Source: a virus. From it: a stretch of 51,080 bases of DNA. Below, piece after piece: positions 39,855 through 47,223 of this stretch; position 1 is the first letter of the stretch; every line of letters begins with the position of its first letter. The translations under genes and the position numbers were made by a program. The notes below the pieces were generated by a model. That model was not told where the DNA came from, searched no databases, and was given only the letters and a program-made list of their open reading frames with translations. Location of the stretch: positions 1 to 51,080 of the IMG/VR virus record IMGVR_UViG_3300050501_000150; one strand, 5' to 3'.

Positions 39855-40807
39855 TATTTTTTGGCCTTCGGTTCGACGACCTCAACAGGCGCCCCGGTGA
39901 TCTTGCCAATTAAGGCGTCGATCTGCTCGTCGCGCTTCTTGAGTGTGATTTTCAGGTCCGCCATTTCCTGGCGCAGCAGATCGACATCGCTCTGACCACT
40001 CTTCCCGTCCGCCAACTTCGTCAGGGCTTCCGCCGTCATAACGTTCGTGTCGTGTATGCGGGGAATGCCGGTGCGAACCAGCATTTCTTCGTCTACCTGA
40101 TCATATTCGTGTTTGAATAGATCCTCGCTAGGAGGCAGCCGCATGCACATATGAGTAAACTCAAGACGCGTGCGCAGGATGCCGTTGGCCTTATATGCGG
40201 CGTTGAGCAACTGATCTCCGACCGCCAGAACCGTGGCGTAATGAAGATCCTCTACTCCGGCCGGCTTTTTCTTCTTCAGCTCAGCAACTCTCTCCTCCAG
40301 ATACGCCATCAGATCGGCGTTTCGCTCCGGGAGAGAATCCAAACCATTGGGATAGAAAATGCTGTTGATTGAACCGTTCTTACCGTAGACGGCGGAGGCC
40401 AGACCGTAGAGCGCCGTGATCTCAGTCAAGCCGCTCTTGCGGCTCGTGCCTGCTTCTATGGTGAGCAGTCGCTCAGCCTCATACCAGGCAGGCCGCCAGT
40501 ATTTGCCGTACTGGGTGCGCCCTTCCCTGTCCGTCTCTTCGCTATTCGGGATCATTTCGCCTTCGCGGATCTCGAATATATTCGTCTTTTGGGCGAAAGT
40601 TACGCATGGAACAATTCTCCCCCGGGGCAGTATCCGATGAACCATTAGGCCATCTTCGCCCCGGTACTGTATCGAGTCTGTGTCCACGCGCACCTCGCCG
40701 AATCCCATTTGGACAAAGAAGCGCGGCGCGCGTACGTCAAGCCCGCTCGCGCCAGGTAGTAGACTGTCATCCGCCACCTGATACGCTGCCGTTGCCGTTG
40801 TTGGCAT
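39854..40807 (-). CDS. Hypothetical protein in the head module
   Basis: 317 aa with a coiled-coil C-terminus (LLRQEMADLKITLKKRDEQIDALIGKI). Confidence 0.6.
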   Translation of the reverse strand: MPTTATAAYQVADDSLLPGASGLDVRAPRFFVQMGFGEVRVDTDSIQYRGEDGLMVHRILPRGRIVPCVTFAQKTNIFEIREGEMIPNSEETDREGRTQYGKYWRPAWYEAERLLTIEAGTSRKSGLTEITALYGLASAVYGKNGSINSIFYPNGLDSLPERNADLMAYLEERVAELKKKKPAGVEDLHYATVLAVGDQLLNAAYKANGILRTRLEFTHMCMRLPPSEDLFKHEYDQVDEEMLVRTGIPRIHDTNVMTAEALTKLADGKSGQSDVDLLRQEMADLKITLKKRDEQIDALIGKITGAPVEVVEPKAKK

Positions 40808-41615
40808 CTTTCGTTCCTCCAGATTTTGTATGCGATCCCATGAAGTGAAACTTTCCCCACTGCTGAGCTACCGGGTCGAGCGTGTGGAATGTGTGGGAAT
40901 GGGTCTTCATAAAGTCGTCAATCGCCCCACGAATACCCTTTCGCCAGGTTTCGTCGCGCTTTTCGACGAGGTCTTCAGTCCGTTTGGCGATTAACTGATC
41001 AGACGGCGCGAAATCATCGTTTTTGGCGCGATCGCGCAGCCATTTCATTCGCCTGCAACGCTCTAAATCCTCTTCGCACGGCTCCCTGTATCCACCCAAG
41101 CACGGCTCACCTTTCACGGCGCCGCGCCCGTTGCAACACAGCTTGTCGTGGTAGGCGATACAGAAGACAGCAGTGTAAAACCCGTCATCAGGGATAGGCC
41201 CGAGAATGTCGATTCGCTCGAATCCATCCCAATACCAGCGGGCATTCTCCCAACGATCGCGGCTGCTGAGTTCGGCATTTGTATGCAACTCCTCGACGAA
41301 GAAGCGAGGCGTCCCGACTTCTACAAGCTCATCCCAGAACTCGACTAAGCCCGTCGCTGCGTTAATGCGTTCGTGGCGGACGCTGTTCCGCCAGAATGGG
41401 AATTTCATCCGCCACGATCCGCAAACTATCATCCGATTCGCGGGATCCTGCCCCCAAGACACCCTCAGATTGGGACGTCCTGAAATGTCCAGTCCCGCGA
41501 TCTTGGTAAGTTCCTTTTGGAAACTGCCCAAATCAACAGGACTGGGTTGATTCCCGGCTTTTACGATCTCCGACTCAACGTCGAAGACCTTATGCGATCT
41601 ATGCTTTAACTTCAT
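40767..41615 (-). CDS. Hypothetical Cys-rich protein in the head module
   Basis: 282 aa. Cluster C..x7..CC..x10..C..x7..C..x6..C. Gly/Asn-rich tail. Confidence 0.6.
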   Translation of the reverse strand: MKLKHRSHKVFDVESEIVKAGNQPSPVDLGSFQKELTKIAGLDISGRPNLRVSWGQDPANRMIVCGSWRMKFPFWRNSVRHERINAATGLVEFWDELVEVGTPRFFVEELHTNAELSSRDRWENARWYWDGFERIDILGPIPDDGFYTAVFCIAYHDKLCCNGRGAVKGEPCLGGYREPCEEDLERCRRMKWLRDRAKNDDFAPSDQLIAKRTEDLVEKRDETWRKGIRGAIDDFMKTHSHTFHTLDPVAQQWGKFHFMGSHTKSGGTKDANNGNGSVSGGG

Positions 41616-41893
41616 TCAGCTATAAGCAGCCAGGCATCAAAAGTGACGCTGGTTGAGACTGATGCCGTTAGCGTGAAAACGGCATTCGTGTCAGTCCCGC
41701 TTGTTGAGAGGTTGGTCTGCGCCGACTGGCCGGCCACGCCGGAAATGACGTAGCGGCCCCGTTTCGGCACGATTGTCGCCGTGTCGCCGACAGTTCCGCC
41801 AGCGATACGCCAGATTTCGAGGTGAAGCCCGCCGATCGGGATTGGCAACCCGACAGCCCCACCCTCCACCTGAGTTGATGCAAGTGTCGCCAT
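41612..41893 (-). CDS. Capsid decoration-like paralog 3 (divergent)
   Basis: 93 aa. MATLASTQV...EIWRIAGGTVGDTATIVP...TFDAWLLIAE. Confidence 0.65.
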   Translation of the reverse strand: MATLASTQVEGGAVGLPIPIGGLHLEIWRIAGGTVGDTATIVPKRGRYVISGVAGQSAQTNLSTSGTDTNAVFTLTASVSTSVTFDAWLLIAE

Positions 41894-41897
41894 GGGT

Positions 41898-42200
41898 TTA
41901 TCTCCTTCCGATCAGCCACACGTCGAAATTCACGTTAGTCGCCATGGTGGCGGTCAACGTAAGCGTGACGTTCGTGTTGGCGTTGGTTGTCAGGTTATTG
42001 GTCGAGGACTGCTGAGCCTGGACCATGCGGATATCCGTAATGAAAAACGGCGTAATCGCCACCGTGTCGGGGTTGGTTGTAGCACCCGCGCCGGAGACTC
42101 GCCAGACTTCAATTAAAAGTCCCGCCTCCCCCTGGCCGAACGGCTGCTCAGCCAAACCCGAGACATTGCGGGTAATGTTGGTCGAGCCGAGTGTTGCCAT
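41898..42200 (-). CDS. Capsid decoration-like paralog 2
   Basis: 100 aa. MATLGSTNITRNV...IEVWRV...NFDVWLIGRR. Confidence 0.65.
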   Translation of the reverse strand: MATLGSTNITRNVSGLAEQPFGQGEAGLLIEVWRVSGAGATTNPDTVAITPFFITDIRMVQAQQSSTNNLTTNANTNVTLTLTATMATNVNFDVWLIGRR

Positions 42201-42204
42201 CCGC

Positions 42205-42498
42205 CTACCTCCTTCCGATCAGCCACACGTCAAAGTTGACGTTGGTTGCGGCCGAGGCTGTCAACGTAATGACAACGTTCGTATTCGCATTGGTAGTCAG
42301 GCCATTTGTGGAGCTTTGTTGAGCCTGGCAGGTGCGAATGTCCGAAAGAAATGTGGGAACGATCGTGCAAGTGTCGCCGACCGTCCCGCCGGGGACGCGC
42401 CAAACTTCCATAAGGAGGCCGGCCTCGCCGTAAGCGAGAGGCTGCTCAAGCAGAGCGGAAACGTTGCGCGTGACGTTGGTTGATCCAAGTGTTGCCAT
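42205..42498 (-). CDS. Capsid decoration-like paralog 1
   Basis: 97 aa. MATLGSTNVTRNV...MEVWRV...NFDVWLIGRR. Lies 12 nt downstream of the capsid gene. Confidence 0.65.
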   Translation of the reverse strand: MATLGSTNVTRNVSALLEQPLAYGEAGLLMEVWRVPGGTVGDTCTIVPTFLSDIRTCQAQQSSTNGLTTNANTNVVITLTASAATNVNFDVWLIGRR

Positions 42499-42510
42499 TG
42501 TTTCCTCCTA

Positions 42511-43770
42511 TTAGGCTTGCGCCAATACCTGAGTTGCGAGAGCGGTCACGGCGGCGCGTTTGATCAACGCATGGTCCTTCGGTGAATCCGTCCCGTAGTT
42601 GTAGTGGCTGCCGATGGCGCCGGTCCAAGAATCCGAACCGTAGCCGCCAACGCCGGCGCGCATCCTGATCTCGTTCCCGTCCTCGTTGTAGAGTCCGAAT
42701 TTCTTCTCAACGTACTTCTTAAGCTCTGATTTCACGTTGAGATAAATGCGGTCCTCGTCACAGTCGGGATCGATGTTGAATACGGTGTCACCGTGACCGA
42801 ACGCGTCGAAACTGCCGTCGAACTTCTTGTCACTTCCGTCGAAGCGCTTGTAGTTCTGGCCGAGACGGCGCAAAGCGTCATCCTGCGCCAGACTCATTGT
42901 CGCCATGACAGTCTTGGCTTTACCCACGCCCGCGCGAGCTATGAGCAGGTTCTTGGTCTTGGTGAAATCCGCGACCGCGATGGCCGAGCCGTTAAGGTCA
43001 GTCACCGGCGATTTGAGTTCGGGATAGGTCGAGCGGCTTTGAAGCTGGAATGTGCCAGTGTCGTTATTGACAATATACGGCAGGCCGCGCGGGGTTTTGA
43101 ATAACGAATTCTGCAGCACGAGAATATCGCCATCTGTCTGACCTGACACGGCGGTCGTAGTGATTGACTTGTTCGTCTTGGCCGTCGCCACGATCGTGGC
43201 GCGGTATGTGGCCAGCGTCGAATCGTACCAGTCGTAGCGCTCGCCGATATGGATCTGCGTCGCCCCTTTGGTCGAGCCGAAGCCGGAAAGGGGCGTGTGA
43301 TCAATGGCGTTGTAGAGCAGCGCCGTTGTCGTACCGGACTTGTAGGTAGCCCGCAGCGCCGAGCCGTCGTTGAAGACCTGCCAGTTGGCCTCTTTCATCA
43401 AGGCCATAGTGCGTTTCTCCAGAAACCCGGAGAAACCTTCAATGGCGCTCGAACTGTCGCTGAAATTGCGATATGCGCGCCCGGTAAGCTCGAAAGCCAT
43501 CGTTAAGCTCATTGGGTAGACATACATATCGTCATAGACTTCCGCGCCAGGCTGAGCGAACGATCCGCCGTCACCGATGCCCGACACGCCAGTCGGAGGC
43601 CTGAGATACGAAGGAATGCGAAATCCCTTCCCGTTTACGAACTTTGCGCCGGACTCTTCGCCGAACATGTTATACGTGGCCGTGACCTGCTCGAATTGAT
43701 CGCGCAAGCCACCGGCTGATAACTGTGTCAGCGCCGGCAAGATTGTGGAAATATTTACAGGAACTCCCAT
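42511..43770 (-). CDS. Major capsid protein
   Basis: 419 aa with GGAG SD. Follows the scaffold-like gene. Size and position match P22/T7-like head modules. Confidence 0.7.
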   Translation of the reverse strand: MGVPVNISTILPALTQLSAGGLRDQFEQVTATYNMFGEESGAKFVNGKGFRIPSYLRPPTGVSGIGDGGSFAQPGAEVYDDMYVYPMSLTMAFELTGRAYRNFSDSSSAIEGFSGFLEKRTMALMKEANWQVFNDGSALRATYKSGTTTALLYNAIDHTPLSGFGSTKGATQIHIGERYDWYDSTLATYRATIVATAKTNKSITTTAVSGQTDGDILVLQNSLFKTPRGLPYIVNNDTGTFQLQSRSTYPELKSPVTDLNGSAIAVADFTKTKNLLIARAGVGKAKTVMATMSLAQDDALRRLGQNYKRFDGSDKKFDGSFDAFGHGDTVFNIDPDCDEDRIYLNVKSELKKYVEKKFGLYNEDGNEIRMRAGVGGYGSDSWTGAIGSHYNYGTDSPKDHALIKRAAVTALATQVLAQA

Positions 43771-43787
43771 TTATTTACTCCGATCCC

Positions 43788-45104
43788 CTACCGCCCTCCG
43801 TACTGAGCCTTCAAGCTGTCTATGTATTGAGGGGAAAGGCGCCCATTCTCCGTAAGAGTAGGTATGCCGCTCCCGTTGACAGCGGTCGAACTCTGTCCAG
43901 TTATTTCGGTTCGATTGGGGATTTGTTGACGTTGCTGTTCGCGGTAGGCCCTGGCGTCCCTGAAAACAGAATCGAGGTTGGAAATCATGCCCCGCATGAC
44001 TTGGCCGAGCCGCGCGTTATATCTCATCGCTGCGGCCCGCGCGTCCCTCTCGTCGGCGCCAGCGGCGAAATGCTCGTTGTTGAGCTTTCGCATAGGCGCG
44101 TTTTGCAGTTTGCTCACGCTGTCTTCATACAGTTTGTGCCACTGCGGATCCGCCAGTAGGGTGGCGTGCGCGCCTTCGAGGATGGACCTATACAACTGCT
44201 GATTCTGTTCTCCGGCCTCCGGGCCGAACGGTTGCCATTTGCTGAGTTGCGCGAGGTGCGCCTTTTCGTATTGGCCGGTGAGTTCATCAACCGCCTGGCT
44301 GCCCTGAGTTTCAGCCTCTTGCCTCGCCTGCCTATAGGCTGTTTCAGCCTGTTGGCGCTGCGTGGCGTCAAGCTGATTGAGCTTGGCCTCACGTTGTAAG
44401 TTGTAAACCAAACTCTCATCAGTCCCTTTATCCACCCATTCAATCAACTGGTTTATAGGGACTTGATTGGCGATCTCGCGCAGTTCTTGCGGAATCCGCG
44501 CCCAATCGTCGGCAGTCAGTTGCCAGGCGCCGGTCGCTGCTTGCGTACTGGGCAACTTGCCCATCTGCTGCAAAACGGCGATCACGTCATCCGGCGCATG
44601 CTGTGCAAGAGTCTCGATTGACGCCCAGTATGCCGGCTGCGCGTCTTTCGCTATGGACTGCCAGAATGGGAGCGCCCCCTCTTGAGGCGTATGGATCAAC
44701 CCATTCACGAATCCCAGCGTCTGCTCGATCCCCTCGAACCCGCCGTATTGATCAAACTTGGCAGACTGATCGCGGAATTGCTTTAATTCCGCCTTCATCT
44801 GCCGCGCTTCTGCCCTCGCGCTCTTGATGGCTTCGACGAGGCCGGGTACCTTGGCCTGATCCAAGTTCGGATCAGCCGTCATCCCCTGTAGGTCGTCGTC
44901 GCCATCAGGTATAGCGGACTTCGCTTCCGGCTGTTCGTCAAATGCCCAACCTGCGGAGAGTTCTTCCGGGGTTGCAGTCGGAGCGGCTTGCCCCGAGACT
45001 TCAGCCTGTCCGCCCGTCGCACCGTCGCCACCCGCGCCAGTGGCCCCAACGTCGCTGGGAGAGGGTGTGCCGCCCTCTGTGTTCGCGTTTAATTCGTCTG
45101 ACAT
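43788..45104 (-). CDS. Scaffolding-like protein
   Basis: 438 aa, acidic, Q/A/E-rich and helical. Lies between the portal region and the capsid gene. Confidence 0.55.
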   Translation of the reverse strand: MSDELNANTEGGTPSPSDVGATGAGGDGATGGQAEVSGQAAPTATPEELSAGWAFDEQPEAKSAIPDGDDDLQGMTADPNLDQAKVPGLVEAIKSARAEARQMKAELKQFRDQSAKFDQYGGFEGIEQTLGFVNGLIHTPQEGALPFWQSIAKDAQPAYWASIETLAQHAPDDVIAVLQQMGKLPSTQAATGAWQLTADDWARIPQELREIANQVPINQLIEWVDKGTDESLVYNLQREAKLNQLDATQRQQAETAYRQARQEAETQGSQAVDELTGQYEKAHLAQLSKWQPFGPEAGEQNQQLYRSILEGAHATLLADPQWHKLYEDSVSKLQNAPMRKLNNEHFAAGADERDARAAAMRYNARLGQVMRGMISNLDSVFRDARAYREQQRQQIPNRTEITGQSSTAVNGSGIPTLTENGRLSPQYIDSLKAQYGGR

Positions 45105-45113
45105 TTATGGAAA

Positions 45114-45299
45114 TTAGTAGGTAAGCTTGGTCTTTCTGGCCTGTCGTCGGCGCTGCGTTCTGGTCCCCGAATGCTTTCCGGTTACAGGCGCGCCAGGATG
45201 TTTTGAATTATAAATGCGGGCCGCTTTCGATTGTGCGGCGCCGCAGGACATTCCCTCGCCCGCGAACTTATCCCGCATGACTTCGTATGGTTTCGGCAT
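45114..45299 (-). CDS. Small basic protein
   Basis: 61 aa ending in TRTQRRRQARKTKLTY. Confidence 0.5.
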   Translation of the reverse strand: MPKPYEVMRDKFAGEGMSCGAAQSKAARIYNSKHPGAPVTGKHSGTRTQRRRQARKTKLTY

Positions 45300-47223
45300 T
45301 TGCGGCCTCCCCTCGTTGCTTCAGCCATTCATCTATCGCCATATAGACTTTGGTGATCTGGCCGTTTACGATCTTTGGAACTGAGATAACCTCTTCCCGG
45401 TGGCCGATGACAACGTTCGTCGCCAAAGCGGCTTTCAAACCGGAATCAGCGAGGGTTCTCCAGAATCCGATATCCGCGTCCACTCTCCCCTCTCCCCAAT
45501 CACCTTCGGCGTTCGGCTTTTCCCAAAACCACGGCTTGCGCATTTGCTCAAATACGCGCCGGCGGAAGACGGTTAGCCCGAAATGTCCGGCGTTCGCCGG
45601 AAACAGTCCGATACTCCAATCAATCGCGCCGTCTGTGCCTACAAGAATGTCCGTCGTATTGCCGCGCTTGATTTGAGTCGGGATCACCGCGTCAATGGTC
45701 GGGTTTTCATAGAGAAGCCTGATCATCTCGATCAGGTCGGCGGGTCTTGCGAATGTATCGTAGTCGGCTGTGACTATTACATCCGCTTCGTTGTCCTCAT
45801 CGTCGAGGATCTGCTTGATGCAGCGGCTTAAAGAATGATGCCAGTACACGCCAAACCCACGCCCGCGTTGCGCTCTCACCGCCAACGCGATCTCCGTGAT
45901 GATGTCCGCCGAGTCCAGATAGCCGATTCGAGGAGTGGACATTGCAATGGCGACATTCACCGTTACGTTGTCTTTAACAACGTCTTTCTCTGTCCGCCAC
46001 TGGCCGGCCACAAACCGATGCCCGTTACCGTTACCATTTGATTCTGACTCCGGTAAGGGTTCGACTAACAACCCGGCCAGATCGCGCCTGACGCAAATGA
46101 GGTTGCATTGAGTTCGGCAAACAACTTCATATCCGCGCGCCTCGACAAGAAACTTCATGGCCAAGCGTCCGGCCTGATCCAATACACCATCCTTATCCAG
46201 CGTCGGGGCGTTCGGCTCGGGGATGTACATCGGGTCCGCGTCGGGGTTGAACTCGACGATGAGAACACGGGGCTTGAGTCGCGCCATAGAATTTATGACG
46301 TGGTATTCCTGGCCGTCGATGTCCAGCACGAGGAGGTCAAGGTCTAACGGCAAAGGCGAAGTGCGGCCAGCTAAATTATCATCAAGCGTGTCTCCCTTAT
46401 TTAATTCGATTCGCTTTTGTAGAGTGATAACATTCTTGTTTTCTCCATACCGATCTTCTAGCTGGCGATAAAACTTCTCATCGGCCTCGATCTGTACCGA
46501 CATCCACCCCTGATCAATCAATCTCCGCGTATTGCTGAAAAACAGTCCATCGCCTGCGCCGCACTCGACACACCATTTATTCGCCGTCCCAATGCGCTCA
46601 AATATCGCCTCAATCGCCCCGTCCTCACCGTATTGACTGTAAACGTTGATCGGCTTGATTGACTTGGCGAAAGCCTCAAAGCGCGGGTCCATTGGTCTGT
46701 CTTCGACGCTGTAGAGATTGCGGTGGCCGTTAAGCGGATTGATGTGTCGTGGCGATGGTTGCTGCTTCTGCCCCGTCAAATTCAAGCTCACCGCCAAGCT
46801 GGCGCAGTCCTTTACTTCCGACTCCCACGTTCGGATATGTTCAAGCCCGGCATCAATCATCAGCTTGGACAGTTTTGCCCTATCGAATAACGCCTTATGG
46901 AAGTCGTTCTCGTCGATTTGTCCCCCGTAGACATAACCGTCAGCGATAGCATGAAAGCCGTTGGCGACGTAGGATTTGGCGATCAGCGCGAAATCCGGCA
47001 CAGCAACCTTCAAGACCCCGCCAGGCTTCAACACTCTTACCCAGTCCTTCAGGACGTCCAGCGTCTGAGCGTGCGGGAAATGTTCGAGAATGTGGCTTGC
47101 GTAAATCTCATCGACGCTATTGTCTGAGTATGCCAGCGGAAATGCGGAATCACCGAATTTGGCGTCAACGTTGGTGTAGCCCTTCATGGTGATCCCGTCA
47201 CCGCTGCCGATATTTAGTTTCAA
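45268..47223 (-). CDS. Tri-domain enzyme: class I SAM-MTase + FkbM-like MTase + GT-A glycosyltransferase
   Basis: 651 aa. LNIGSGDG...ASHILEHF...LKPGGVLKVAVPDF; CVECGAGDG...LVLDIDGQEYHV...LIVEFN; VNVAIAMSTPR...TADYD...DADIGFWR...VIGH. TTGA coupling to the portal stop. Confidence 0.75.
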   Translation of the reverse strand: MKLNIGSGDGITMKGYTNVDAKFGDSAFPLAYSDNSVDEIYASHILEHFPHAQTLDVLKDWVRVLKPGGVLKVAVPDFALIAKSYVANGFHAIADGYVYGGQIDENDFHKALFDRAKLSKLMIDAGLEHIRTWESEVKDCASLAVSLNLTGQKQQPSPRHINPLNGHRNLYSVEDRPMDPRFEAFAKSIKPINVYSQYGEDGAIEAIFERIGTANKWCVECGAGDGLFFSNTRRLIDQGWMSVQIEADEKFYRQLEDRYGENKNVITLQKRIELNKGDTLDDNLAGRTSPLPLDLDLLVLDIDGQEYHVINSMARLKPRVLIVEFNPDADPMYIPEPNAPTLDKDGVLDQAGRLAMKFLVEARGYEVVCRTQCNLICVRRDLAGLLVEPLPESESNGNGNGHRFVAGQWRTEKDVVKDNVTVNVAIAMSTPRIGYLDSADIITEIALAVRAQRGRGFGVYWHHSLSRCIKQILDDEDNEADVIVTADYDTFARPADLIEMIRLLYENPTIDAVIPTQIKRGNTTDILVGTDGAIDWSIGLFPANAGHFGLTVFRRRVFEQMRKPWFWEKPNAEGDWGEGRVDADIGFWRTLADSGLKAALATNVVIGHREEVISVPKIVNGQITKVYMAIDEWLKQRGEAANAETIRSHAG

